Assembly (NCBI GenBank): GCA_964016885.1
Contig: OZ024746.1
Span: 45,694,001-45,758,000, forward strand
DNA: 64,000 bases
Reading direction: 5' to 3'
DNA from: Eledone cirrhosa
Lineage: Eukaryota
Shown here piece by piece: positions 1 through 13,265 of this stretch (positions within the stretch are counted from its first letter, which is position 1; the number at the start of each line of letters is the position of its first letter). The notes beneath the pieces were generated by a model. It was not told the DNA's origin and searched no databases. It saw only the letters and a list, made by a program, of their open reading frames with translations. Position numbers and translations under genes: made by a program.

Positions 1-1574
1 GCCTTCACCTGGGGAACAAATGATCATGTATGAGCGAGGGCAGGAAGAAAGTATCGTTTCTAGGGGACAGCCAATGACTAAGTTGACGGAATATTTTCAG
101 GCACAAAACATATTGTATATTGATATTCCTAAATATTTCACTTGGACAAACAAAAAGTGGCTTCTGATTTAGGCACAAGGCTAACAATTTTTTTTTTGTG
201 TGTGTGTGTGGGGGGGGGGGGATTGATTAAATTTACCCCTGTCTGTGACTGGTAATTTATTTTATCTACCCTGTAAGAATGGAAGGCAAAGCCAAACTCA
301 ATGGGATTTGATATCATAACGTAAATGTCCATAGCTCTATTCAATGAAGCAGGGTGCCTGATGCACTACCATTACATAATAATGGTTTCATTTATTAGCC
401 ATAAGTACTTTCATGCATAAAACAATGTATACAAAGGGAAGGATGTTATATAATAAACAGTCTGAAAATTTAATAAAACATAAAATAAGTATAAAAAATA
501 TAAAACATACAATAATTAAAACAATATATAATGTTATATATAATAATAATAATAACAATAATAATAATGATTACTTTATTGGCCACAAGGGCTGACATCA
601 AGAAAAACATTACAGACAGTACAGGAAGGTATGATGTGGGTTTTGTGTGTGTAAAGATTTTTATTATTTATATAAGAAACGAAAAAGAAAAAAGACATAG
701 AAACATATATATATATAAACAATAAAAATGAAAATTCAAATAATAATAATGATGCTTTCTTTATTTAATAATAATGATAATAGTCTTTTTTCATTGCTGT
801 TCAGAAATGACTACATTGCTGTTTCCGTTAAAGGTCATATGAAAGCAATTCAAGTTTGGTGTGAGCTGTCTAGGTTGTTTGTCCTTATCTGGATGATTAT
901 AAAGATAGAAATCAGTAAATAGAGCAAGATTAAAGAGTTTGGGAATGATTGGATCTAGCTTTGTATCTATTATATACAAAACTAAGTAATTCTACACACA
1001 ATATCACAGAGAATATCTTACCTTATCTTAATCATAATGGGATATTTTTTTGCCATGTTACATGATGACTACTTTGTAAAAACAAAAAGTAGAGTTAGCA
1101 AAATAATACCCTAGACATGTGTGATACTTATCTGTATGAATGAAAGGAAAAGTCAATTCCAGTGGGATTGGAACTTAAAACATTGGGAGACATAACTAAA
1201 TACTTCCAGGCTGATAAAATCAGCCAGTCTATGATTTTTAAGTCTTTGCCACCTTCAATAAAATAGTATAATGGTTTCTAACCTATGCATAAGGAGAAAC
1301 ATCTCGGGTGAGGATGTAGGAGATAAGATCAGTTGCATTACTTGATTAGTACTTTATATTATCCATTTCTAAAACAATGAAAAGCAACAATTAATCCTCT
1401 CAACTCATAAAATAAAGAGTCATAACTAAATACTGTATGATATTTTGTCTATGGCCCTATCTATCTATCAAGCTCCTTTTTACTATTTTCAGAAACTGAC
1501 ACATAACCTTAACATTCTGGTGAAAGGCCTTTTTCAATTTGATTGGGCTCAGTACAACTTGTCTGGTAGGGATT

Positions 1575-1985
1575 TGAACAACCATGGAGAAATGAATGGC
1601 AGTAATACTGTGCAGGCAATAAATGCCAGACATTGATGTATCAATCACCACGGTGACTATATCTACCAAAGAAATGGAGAAGTTATCCAAATATAAACAT
1701 CTATAGATAGAAATAACCTGAATGTGGATAATGAAAACAGAAACAATATCTATGATAATAGGTACTCTGGAAATGATTAAAAAAAAACAGACACATACAT
1801 AATCAAAACTCCAGGACTCACCAATATATACAAAGATTAGCATTGCTAGGCACTACACATATTACGAGGAGTATTTTCAATACAATAGAAACAACACCAC
1901 CAAAAACCACACTGCACATATCCAAGGTGCACAGATCTGTGCTCAGTAATGCAGTTAATGTGCAATGAAAATAATACTAATAATA
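1575..1985 (+). mobile_element. Dong/R4-type (RLE) non-LTR retrotransposon, internally deleted 3' fragment
   Basis: Translated pieces GEMNGSNTVQAINA (cf. LNGxNxIxAIN), EKLSKYKHL*IEIT*MWIMKTETISMIIGTLEMIKK (RLE endonuclease region) and QRLALLGTTHI, followed by a short 3' UTR and a (TAA)-like tail. Confidence 0.75.
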
Positions 1986-2284
1986 ATTGTTTCTGGTGCT
2001 TTATTTCATTGATCTTGTAAGGTTGAAAGGCAAAGCTACCTTCAGCAAGAATTGAATTCAGAAAGGAAAGGACCGGAAGAAATATAAAAAGGCATATATC
2101 CACCGCTCTAATAATTTTACCAATCTACAAATAATAATAACAATATGATAGCAATCAAAATTTAAAATATGCCAAAGAAACAAAAATAATTAGATGATAA
2201 TAATAATAATAATAATGATAATATCGATAATGTTAATAGCAATAACAATAAAAATAAATCATTCTTATTTCTAATGTTGTTGAG

Positions 2285-2510
2285 TTTATTGTTGTTCATT
2301 GTTGATGTATTGTCTGCCCATTATTCAATTATTATTTGAAAGGAAGCAGCCACATCTCAATGTCAAAAGTTCTAAGCCAATGTTTTATTCTGTTGTTGTT
2401 TTTGTTTTAATGCATATTCTATGGCTGCTGAAACATATAAACCCTGGTCTTTATGACAGCAATAATTATCGAGTCAGCCTTCATCTGCAGTTCTGAAAAG
2501 ATGCAGCAGT
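2285..2510 (-). mobile_element. Dong/R4-type LINE relic (Zn-knuckle region)
   Basis: Minus-strand pieces ELQMKADSIIIA..KDQG (cf. LKxETEGxIIAAQDQ) and GQTIHQQ (cf. VAKIIHQ); heavily decayed. Confidence 0.45.
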
Positions 2511-4099
2511 TAGGTCAGACAGCAGATAAAATAGTAAAAAAAAAAATATTTAAGAAAACAAATAGAAAATAAAAAGAAAGAAACCATAAATAGAGAAATA
2601 AGATAGGAAATAAAAACAAATGTAAATAAAATAAATTAATTAATGTATAATTAAATAGAGGAATAACAGGAGGTCACAGAATGGGGAGGGAAAACATCAT
2701 TTAGTTGAAGTACTTATTTTGAAATAAATTCATTCCCAACTAAAAGAATTAAAAGTGAAAAAAATGAGACAAGAATCAATAAAATGAATTATTAAAAAAC
2801 TAAATAGATGAAACTATTTAACGTGAATGGAACAGATAGTAAAAATAAGTTGGAATGCTAACTGAAAAATCTAATAATGTGCATTCAAGTACTTAGTTCA
2901 AATTATGTTACGGATATATGTTTTTCCTAGTTTTTGTTTTGTGTCTTCTAGCGGAACTGATTATTACTGTAGAGCATTGGTCAGTTCTTTTTTTCTTGCC
3001 AGAAAATGGAATTATACCATTGGGGGGGGGGGGGGGGGGGGATAATTATGTTAAAATTCAAAAAAATATAAAACATAATATCGATTTTTAATAGCCCGCT
3101 AAAATTAAAGAAATCCCACCCAACTTCTTTTGCTAAGGTAAACACATATTGGTGGAGTATTTCAGTGGCAACCTCCCAATTCATTGTTGCTTGTATTACA
3201 CAGTTTAACAAGCTACCAGGATCGAATCAGCTAATCAACCATAATTACCCATGTCATCAGAGATGTTGTGACATCAACAACAACTTACCAAGCAACAAGT
3301 TGAATAACAACAAGAAAGCTGGATTTAAACTGAAGAATAACAGTGGTATGTCAGACAACAAGATCTACAACAAAGAAGGTAAGGAGCCAAATAAGAACAT
3401 CATTGCTCCCAACTTAATGAAAATAAGGTTGAATGTCAAGCCACATTACCTATAATAACATTGCAAATAGCAGCAATGAAATCTAACAAACCAACAACGG
3501 AATCCACTACACTTATCAAAAGAAGTCTGTCTGTAGCGTTCTTCACCCAACAAAATTCAAGCAGGCAAATATACACAAATTAAGACTTACTACATTCACC
3601 AACCTTCACCTCAGATCACTTCCTCTCTCTGACCACACCGTGCAAGTAGATAAAAGAAGCAAAAATGATTGCTTTTAACCTGGAAGCTGGAAAGTACAAG
3701 AAAATGCAGCATCACTTCCAGCACAACAACAAAAATATCAAAAGAAACCAAACCGAAAAGAACAACCTTAACAATAACAGCAGCCATACCTAAATAGAAA
3801 GACACAAAACAAATCAGAGAAACACTTCAGCTTCACTGTTGTAGATAGAAACAAAAGGGAGATAATGTATGTCATAGAAAGAAATGCACAAAAAATACAA
3901 AGATCGGGATGGCTATGAAATGGGCATTGTCAGGATACTTGCAAGTAGATTTATTTTAAGGATGTAAAAAGAAGTCTACTGGCACTTAAGGAGAAAATTG
4001 TCAGATGATGTAGACATTTTTCTGTGGTAGAATGAACATAAACCTTTTTGGAGAGGCCTTTGAAGAAACACTTCTTGCTAAAAAGACTAGATTGTCTAT

Positions 4100-5420
4100 T
4101 GTTTTGTAAAACCAGGTTACATGACCTCTTTCATTTCTTTTCTCCAAGAAACGTATGCATGTTCAGAATAGGATGTAAAAATGTACATGGCCTGTAGCCA
4201 GCTTTGATACAAGGTCAACTGCTCATTTCGAAGTCACTAAATATGACCAGGATTTCCAGAACACACCCACACACATTCCCATCTTTGAAGACTACAAGGT
4301 GTAAGCATCTACTGTGTAATAGACTGCAAGTGTTGTTACACAAGAGTTTTGATCTCAACGTATGGAAAACAATAACTTGGATGTAAAGTCAATTTCTCAA
4401 AGACATCGGATATAGATGTGTGTGAGGATGTATTTATAGATATCATCACCATTGTTGGAACATTAAAGTCAAGTAGTGTGTTTCAAAGTGACTAAAAATG
4501 ATATGTATTCAATCAGGAGGAGCAAGTATAGACATTCCTGTTTTAATGACATCCTTTCTTCACCACTGGACTTTACAGAGCTATTTCAAAGCTTTGTCCC
4601 ATGGGAGTTACAGGGAAAAAAACAATGAGATTAGTAGTACAGCTCAGGAATTTTAGCTGTTATATGTATGCGTCATTTCAGAGCTTTCTACTCTGAAGAG
4701 CTAGAAGGATAGAGCAGGAAATACTGCAGAAAAGCCAGCAATAACAGGATCATGTTGTAGAAGCTGCTGTTTTCAGAATATCGCCAGTCTCCACGCCAGT
4801 TGCAGCTCCAGTGGTGGTGAAAGAAATCGCTTCCTCTTCAGTACTTGAAGCCACCAACCAGAGTTTCTTTCTTCCCACAACTAACAGTATTACACCATCA
4901 TTTGAATCAATGAAAGAAGAGTAAAAAATAGAAATAAAAGACAAGAAAATTGTAAAAGAAACAGATCTAAACAAGAGATGAGCAGCACGTACAAAGAAAA
5001 GCCTATCAATCCATGAGAAGTTATGAATTTTAACGTCTTGGCTTGTTTGAACGTACTGTAGGAAAACAAAGCATAATATCTGGACTAAGAAAGAGATTTG
5101 TTTCAATCTAGTGGGACATACAAATGTTTGTTCATAAAAACCCAAAGCAATATAAGGATATTGTGTTATCTACCATATAAAGAAGTATGAGGCTCTTTCT
5201 TATCCACTTCAGCATCTGAGTCAATCACAAGAACCTTCAGGATTAATTATTTTGAATATCTTGATGTAGACGACATGGTAACAGAAGGTAGTTAGGGCCA
5301 TGGGATGCTCTGAGTAACCAAAGTGGTGACATCTCAGCAGTACATGGATAGAATGTACTTATTACTTGCTTAACACATTTGTAACATGTTTCCATGGGTC
5401 CTAGTAGCAAAAATAGAAAG
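4100..5420. mobile_element. Possible DIRS-like (tyrosine-recombinase) retrotransposon relic
   Basis: Plus-strand RT-like remnants (LQETY/MHV; LKDIGYRCV..VFIDIITIVG) at ~4140-4460; minus-strand YR-like remnants (FFLFLLL; VCPTRL; AISFTTTGAATGVETGDILKTAA) at ~4750-5420. Very degenerate. Confidence 0.3.
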
Positions 5421-5506
5421 AATTGTTATCGTTATTGTTGTGACAGTAATGTTTGTACTGCAGGCTTGTGAAGAAAAAATGATAAAATGCTTTTATAGGT
5501 CTAGAA

Positions 5507-6072
5507 CAAAAGTTCTCAAACTTTTGCCCCCCCCCCCCCTCATGGTCACGTTATACCCTCGCCGCCCCACAATCCTATTTCCAGAGAGACCTGCCTACAC
5601 TGAAATTGTAAATAATATATAATAAATCAGTAACTTATATATAATGAATAATATAATATATACTATGTATAAATAAATGTTATATATTTTTTATTTTAGG
5701 GTGGTGGATTGGCAGTATTGGTAGAGCGTTAGACAACATGCTTTCCAGCATAGAGTTATGGCCCTTTACGTTCAGAGTTCAAATTCTGCCGAGGTTAACT
5801 TTGCCTTTCATTCTTACGGGGTCGATAAAATAAAGCACCAGTAATGCACTGGAGTAATTGCTGGCTTTGTGCCAAAAGTAGAAACAATTGTATATTTTAC
5901 TATATTTATATATAATACTATATTTTACTATATTTATATATAATACATATCATTTGATATTTAATATACTGTTATATCATCTCTACCCTCCTACTGTCGC
6001 CTTAGACCCCAGCTCCCCCTGGACTTTCTCAAACTCACTGGAGTGCAGTAGTACCCACTTTGAGAACCACTA
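5507..6072. mobile_element. hAT/Charlie-type MITE interrupted by a SINE
   Basis: Imperfect TIRs caaaagttctcaaa / tttgagaaccacta; left flank gtctagaa resembles the nTCTAGAn Charlie target; SINE nested at 5699-5888. Confidence 0.55.
5699..5888 (+). mobile_element. tRNA-derived SINE (main family of the window), full length
   Basis: A-box-like tggcagtattggtaga, B-box-like gagttcaaattc, conserved core gccgaggttaactttgcctttcat...ggggtcgataaaataaag, 3' end gtagaaacaatt; more than 15 homologous copies in the window. Confidence 0.9.
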
Positions 6073-6176
6073 TTTAAAAACCCCATCCTATTTTTTTACA
6101 AATATTGCTGCCATCTATCTCATTACATCTTCTCCACTATCCTCATCCAGTTAACCAGATGTCCTAGTCTAGTAAT

Positions 6177-6338
6177 AATTGTTTCTACTTTTGGCACAAG
6201 GCATTACTGGTACTTTATTTACCCAGTGCATTACTGGTACTTTATTTCATCGACCCCGTAAGGATGAAAGGCAAAGTTAACCTCGGCGGGATTTGAACTC
6301 AGACCATAAAGGGCCGCAACTCTTTGCGTCAAAGCATG
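6177..6338 (-). mobile_element. SINE main family, 5'-truncated
   Basis: Reverse complement of the 5699-5888 copy; small internal duplication of gcattactggtactttattt. Confidence 0.9.
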
Positions 6339-6931
6339 AATGAATGCATCTCTTTTCAAACTAACACACTGATGCATACACATGTATACACTTTATTTAT
6401 ATACACATACACACACCTTTACATATATACATACACACACACACTCACACCTGTTGGCCTTAGAACAAATGCAACTAAGAAATAAGAAAAAATATATAAC
6501 CTTATATATATATATACACACATATATATATGCATATACATATATATCATGTATACGTATACACATATATATCATATATATATATACGTATATATATATA
6601 TATATATATACATACACGCACACAAGAAATTGAACTTCACTTCTCTTCAGTAAACAGTATCTCACACTAAATGTGGAATAATGTCTGTCAAAAGCATTTA
6701 TATCATAATCTTCTATAATCTGACTGGGTGGGATAGGACAGACACTATCTCCAACATATTCTCTTATTTTCTTCTTTTTTTCCTTCTACTTTTTTTTCTT
6801 TATACTTCTGTTTATTTAAGCTGAAGATGATTTTCGACAGTGTTTTGTAACAAAGTTCTATTTCTCTTTTTGGATCATGTTCTTATGCTTCTTCTTTTTA
6901 TTTTTATTTTTGCACTTTTTCTTTTTATTTG

Positions 6932-8212
6932 TCTTCTTCTTCTTCTTCTTCTTCTTCTTCTTCTTCTTCTTCTTCTTCTTCTTCTTCTTCTTTCTTCTTC
7001 TTCTTTCATTCTTCTTTTTCTTTTTCTTCTTTCATTCTTCTTCTTTATCTTCTTCTTCTTCTTCTTCTTCTTCTTTCTTCTTCTTCTTTCATTCTTCTTT
7101 TTCTTTTTCTTCTTTCATTCTTCTTCTTCTTCTTCTTCTTCTTCTTCTTCTTTCAATCTTCTTTTTCTTCTTCTTCTTCTTCTTCTTCTTCTTCTTCTTC
7201 TTTTTCTTCTTCTTATTATTCTTCTTCTTCTGCTTTCATTCTTCTTCTTGTTTCATTCTTCTTCTTCTTCTTCTTCTTCTTCTTCTTCTTCTTCTTCTTT
7301 CATTCTTCTTCTTCTTTCATTCTTCTTCTTTTTCTTCTTTGTCTTCTTTTTTTTCTTTTTCTTCTTTCATTCTTCTTCTTCTTCTTCTTCTTCTTCTTCT
7401 TCTTCTTCTTTTTCTTCTTTCATTCTTCTTCTTCTTCTTCTTCTTCTTCTTTTTCTTCTTCTTCTTCTTTCATTCTTCTTCTTCTTCTTCTTCTTCTTCT
7501 TCTTCTTTCATTCTTTTTCTTCTTTCATTCTTCTTCTTCTTCTTCTTCTTCTTCTTCTTCTTCTTCTTCTTCTTTCAATCTTCTTCTTCTTCTTTTTCTT
7601 TTTCTTCTTTCATTCTTCTTCTTCTTCTTCTTCTTCTTCTTCTTCTTCTTCTTCTTTCAATCTTCTTCTTCTTCTTCTTTTTCTTCTTCTTCTTCTTCTT
7701 CTTCTTCTTCTTCTTCTTCTTCTTCTGCTTTCATTCTTCTTCTTGTTTCATTCTTCTTCTTCTTCTTCTTCTTCTTCTTCTTCTTCTTCTTCTTCTTCTT
7801 CTTCTTCTTTCATTCTTCTTCTTCTTTCATTCTTCTTCTTTTTCTTCTTTTTCTTCTTTTTCTTCTTCTTCTTCTTCTTCTTCTTCTTCTTCTTCTTCTT
7901 CTTTTTCTTTTTCTTGTTTCATACTTCTTCATCTTCTTCTTCTACTTCTTTTTTTATTCTTCTTCTTCTTCTTCTTTTTCTTCTTCTTCTTTCATTCTTC
8001 TTCTTCTTCTTCTTCTTCTTCTTCTTCTTCTTCTTCTTCTTCTTCTTCTTCTTCTTTTTTCATTCTTCTTCTTTCATTCTTCTTTTTTTTTTTCTTCTTC
8101 TTCTTGTTCTTTCATTCTTCTTGTTCTTTCATTCTTCTTCTTTTTCTTTTTCTTCTTCTTCTTCTTCTTCTTCTTCTTCTTCTTCTTCTTCTTCTTCTTC
8201 TTCTTCTTCTTC
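6932..8212. repeat. ~1.3 kb compound (TTC)n/(GAA)n tract with TTTCATTC interruptions
   Basis: Direct inspection; source of the spurious 459-509 aa poly-S/F/L ORFs. Confidence 0.97.
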
Positions 8213-8671
8213 AGGTCATTACTTTTATTTTTATCTCATTTTTGTGTTTTTGTGTTTTTGTTGCTGCTGTTTTTGGTTTTGTTTCTTTCCCTCTTTTTAA
8301 TATTCTAATCATGTTCTTACATGTTTTTGTTGTTGTTTTTCTTCTTGTGGTCATTGTTGTTATTTACATTGTTTTTTGTTTTTATTTGTTACTTTTTTCT
8401 TTTTAATATTATAACATCTTATTTCTACATCTTATACTTTCTCATCTCATCATTGTTGAGGGTATTTGTGTGGTAGTAAATTTTGTTGTTGTAATTGTTG
8501 CACTTACTATTTCAATGAAATACTAGTTTTTGTATTACCCCCCACTCCCCTTCTTAAGCTTTCTAGTTGTGCTATCTTATTATTGTTATTGCAGCAGCAG
8601 TGGTGGTGGTGGTGGTGGCAGCATCAGCAGCAGTATTATTATTATTGTTATTATTAGTAGTAGTAGTATAC

Positions 8672-8972
8672 GTGGCGAATTGGCAGAGTCGCTAGAACAT
8701 CAGATAGAATGCTTTGTAGTATTCATTTGGGGTCTCTGCTATCTGAGTTCAAATCCCGCCAAGGTCAACTTTGTCTTTCATCCATTCTTGGTCGATAAAA
8801 AAAGTACCAGTCAAGTACTGTGGTCGATTCTTCATCTATATCTCTTTCTCACACTCTCTCTATTCTTCTCTGGAAGAAATCTGCTGTATTCAGACCTGGA
8901 GAGGATATGGGCTCTGCCAAATGCTGTATGTCAATATGGCACCCCTACAACTCCCTCAGGACTTATAGGATC
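8672..8972 (+). mobile_element. SINE variant with ~150-bp 3' extension
   Basis: SINE head/core at 8672-8828, then a CT-rich linker and tggaagaaatctgctg...tgtcaatatggcacccctacaactccctcagga, shared with copies at 24345-24645 and 60133-60452. Confidence 0.8.
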
Positions 8973-10619
8973 ATAGCATAGTAGTAGTAGTACTAACAAA
9001 CACCAAAAATTAAAATAAAACAATCGGTGAATTATATAGAATTGGTGGAGCACTGGTTTAAATAACCTATATTATTTATTTTCATCTCTTTGCTCTGAGT
9101 TCAAATCTGACACAGATCAACTTTTTTCTTCCTCATTCCACAGTTAAAATTTCTAAAAGTCAATTCAATTAACAACCTTCTTCCTCTCCTTTCAAAATGT
9201 TTAAAATTGTATCGATACAACAAATCAATATTCAGACATTACACAACTTATGGAATTAATACAGTAGTATTGGCAATAATCACATTAGCACCAGCAACTG
9301 TTGTTGCTGTGAGGTGAAATTATTTTCACTTGTAATTTAATAGTTTTAATATCAGACATCTTCTCAGATTAGAATAAATAGGATTCTACAGTCTTGATGC
9401 AGTTTATATTATCACATATTTGGGTGTATACAGAGTCCAGCTGAAAAGTTTATAGGCTGGCTAAGAAGTAGTGATGCTAGAGCTATGAATTTTTTTTTTT
9501 ACCTTAATTTACTTTCATCAATTAAACTAAAGTTTCATAAGCATTTTTATGTGTATGTACATGAATATTTTTGGGCTTTCTTGCATCAATTGGATAATGA
9601 ATCATAAATATTTACATATGTATTTTCTTGTTTTATAAAAGTCAACAAATAATGTATTGTAGCATTGAATATATATATAAGCTGATAAAAGGTTACCAAT
9701 TAAGAGAAAAATCAAATAAATGTATATGTATTTAAACTGGTAGAAATTGTTATGTTAAGGTAAAAAATATGTGTTATCAAGGAAGTATAAAATGCGAGAA
9801 AAACATGGTTGCTGTCAGATTAAGAATCAGAGGCAGAGAGACAGACTTGCCTGCTGTCAAAACCAATGCACTAACAGTGAATTTTTACACATTTTTTTTG
9901 TGTTCTCTTAATTAGCAAGTTTGTCTCAACAGAATATTGGTTTCTGATTACCCAAATATTACCCATGACCGTAGTAAATCTGTAAAAAATTAACATATCA
10001 AGTGCATTCATATAAATGGGATTTTGAAAGGTGAAAATGAACGTTGATATTTTCATTTAGTAGGGACTAAAGATGGAATTTATATACTGTAAAAAGCCTA
10101 TTGTGCTGCATAACTTAGTTATTGTGCCTGTATTCATGGCAATATGTGAGTGTGTGTGTAAAATATGTCAAAATTGAATTTATAATAATACACCCAAGAG
10201 AAAGAAAATCTAAGAAAATATTTGTCGTTGGGTGGTAGATTATAAATATATGTGCTTAAAACACTTAAGAAGTTGAAATGATTAATTGAAATTGAAAAAA
10301 AAAAAAAAAATTTTTAAATAAACAGTTCTGCTGGTAAGAAGAATTATCAGAATATAGAAAGTATCGAAGTCATTGTTCGTTTACATAAACCAGGAATTAT
10401 AACCATAATTCTAATTTTGATGTTTCATTTTTCTTGAAATTGTAAAGAGATTATAATTTCTCATTTATCATAATTTTGTTCTTGGGCTATTTCATTCTCA
10501 GCAAAGCTGTTCTACTAGGGAGCGGGGTGCAAGTAGCAGATAGCAATACAGCCACCAGATATGATGGTTAGTTATGATATAAGCAGGCAGTGTCCAGACA
10601 AATAAACAACCCCAGACTA

Positions 10620-11085
10620 ACAGCAGTATTCATTCCATGCCTTAACTATTGGTTATGAATCTTGGGTAATGATCGAAAGAATATGATCACAAATACAAGC
10701 AACCAAAATGAGGTCCCTTTGAAGGGTCCTTCGAGCAATGTTACTCAATAGAGTGCAGAGTTTGGAGATCAGAGGTCATTCCAGGTAGAGATGATACTTT
10801 TCCGAATTAAGAGATCACAGCTCTGATACTATGAGCATGGGGTTAGAAAGTCTCAGAAAAGAATTGCTGGACAGAATTTATGAGCAAATCCAACCAGCAG
10901 GCAACCCAGGAGTAGACCCTGAGCAAGATTGTTGGATAACATCCATTAACTCAGTTGGTCTCACTTGGGGATCTAGCTGGATCAATTGAAAAGGGTTGCT
11001 TTTGACAGGATCCACTGGAAGAAATGTTTGAGGACTCTGCCCCCATGACCCTCTCAGCAATAAGCGGGCAAAGAAGATGAAAGCT
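10620..11085 (+). mobile_element. RTE-clade LINE 3' fragment
   Basis: GYESWVMIERI*SQIQATKMR...LNRVQSLEIR...RIKRSQL*YYEH remnants; homologous to 36355-36670. Confidence 0.75.
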
Positions 11086-12249
11086 ATCTCATAGAAGAAA
11101 TCGGGTACTGCTGTGTCACCTTTGATTTTATCAACTTGCCACATGACAGTTGTTTATAATTGGTTACTGTTATTCTTGGCTGAATGTAAGCAGTACAGAT
11201 GTGATGGTAAATAGACAAATGAAAACAGCTGTAAGCTAACAACTGACTGAGAACAATGTAGTAAATTGTTAAAAAAAAAGGTGTGCTGGTCGATGATTGA
11301 GAGAATTCTGGCCAGATACAGCCAGTTTAAATGCTAAAGGGTTAAAAGTCAAATTTGGATCAACAAGCTACAGGTTTCTGATTTGCTCAAATAACACATG
11401 TGCAAGCAAGAAGAAGCGGATGTAAAATGATGATGATGATGATGATAACAATAGTTAAAATAAGATGTCTCCATATGCAATTAGTAGAAAAAGCTTTCTA
11501 CAAACATGTTTTTAAATCTAATAAAAACAATGAAAAAAATAACTCCAATAATATCCTCCAATCATTTTCTTTTAAATAAAGACAATGCATGCAGAAATGA
11601 ATTTTTTAAAAAGAATATTTCACTTCTGTTGGCTAGATTTAGAGGTGATAAGTATATATAGAAATAATGGGCATATAGGTTGACCTGAAGTTATGGTAAA
11701 TACTTTCCAAATGTGCCATACAGTGGATTAAACATGAAATCACATTGTTGTGAAGCAAACTTCTTAACCTCGCAATGATTTCTGCACCCATAAATATATA
11801 CTGTATATCATTCTAAATGTGCAAACTGTATTCCAATATAGTTACACTATGCTTGAGGCTAACATATGTTCATGACTAGAATATTTTCTTGCTTTAGAGA
11901 ATATACTACTTTGTCCTTGTAGAGATTATTGGGCAAAATATAGGAAAAGTTATCCTAATCGACAAAATAGACCACTCAGTCTAATTCTATAACTAAAATT
12001 CGTATATATTTATTAATTGTATAAAACATTCTTTAAAATCAGAGCATAACTGGGACTTTATAGAATTCTTGGAAAATATTCTGCATTGTAGTCTATACTG
12101 GTTGGATTCTAGAATCTCCATTCAACAACATATGATTAACATTATAACAAATAATATAGCAAATTCCATGCAGTAGAAGATCCCTCCAAGCCAGGTTTGT
12201 GATCTATTAATAATCAAAGCTATTAATTTTATCAAAGCTATTTTATTTC

Positions 12250-12600
12250 ATTTAGGCAGTAGATGCTTTTGGCTGGTGCCTGTATTTTACAACTTTGTTC
12301 CATCCTAAAGCTTGTAGCTTTATTCTTAGCCAAAAGAAATGAATATTCCAATAAATATTTGCAAAGCTTTGGTGATCTGTAGATTACATTTAATATTGTC
12401 GATCATACAATTCTCAAAGCTAACTTAATGTATTATGGCATTTGTGATGTCATCAACTTTTGGCTCAAATCTGACTTATCATCATGATCTTAATTTATCA
12501 ATTTGATTGTCTTTGAAGAGATAAATTAATGGTCCTTAAACCATTTATTCCATGCATACACTAATAATCTCCAAAATATGCACTATAACATCTATTACAT
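12250..12600 (+). mobile_element. CR1/L2/Jockey-type LINE RT relic
   Basis: DL*ITFNIVDHTILKANLMYYGICDVINFWLKSDLS matches the DxxKAFDTVDHxILxxKLxxYGIxGxxLxWxxSYL RT motif. Confidence 0.6.
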
Positions 12601-13084
12601 TTATTAATATATGAAATCAAACACTTTTTAATAATTGACTTGAAATAAGGATTGAATGTATATATCAATACCAGTAAACTGAAGACAATACTATACATCT
12701 ACATACAAGTTAATCAGAGTGTTATACCACCATAGGCTGATTGCTATCTGCTTAACATTGAAAATAAATAGAGTGGAAATCCATTTCTTGTAATCATATC
12801 AGATATGGTGTATGGGACTGTTGGTTACCTGTTATGAAAGATTAAATGCATTGAAGGTATTTGGCAAACTACACTCATTAACAATGCCATATTTACTATT
12901 GTGCTTAAGCACAGGGCCCCGTTGGCCAGGGGAACCCCTCTTCCTGCTAAAATGTTTTTTTTAGGATGAATTTTTCTAATGTTTTTCAAATGTCAAAAGT
13001 TCAAAGGGGCCTCATAACTTAATTAGCACAGGGCTCCATTTGTCCTAATTCTGACACTGTTCATTGAGAAACTAAAACTATAAT

Positions 13085-13265
13085 AATTGTTCCTACTTTT
13101 GTCACAAGGCCAGTAATTATCCCAGTGTATTACTGGTATTTTATTTTATTGACCCCGTAAGGATGAAAAGCAAAGTTAACCTCGGCAGGATTTGAACTCA
13201 GACCATAAAGGGCCATAATTCTTTGCTGCAAAGCATGGCATCTGACCTTCTACCGATACTGCCAA
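13085..13265 (-). mobile_element. SINE main family with 15-bp TSD
   Basis: TSD taaaactataataat at 13073-13087 and 13266-13280. Confidence 0.92.

Noticed and set aside
5699-5790. tRNA gene
   Set aside because: A/B-box-like heads belong to SINEs; no cloverleaf.
6840-8406. 459-509 aa ORFs
   Set aside because: Translations of the (TTC)n tract in all three frames (poly-S/F/L); not genes.
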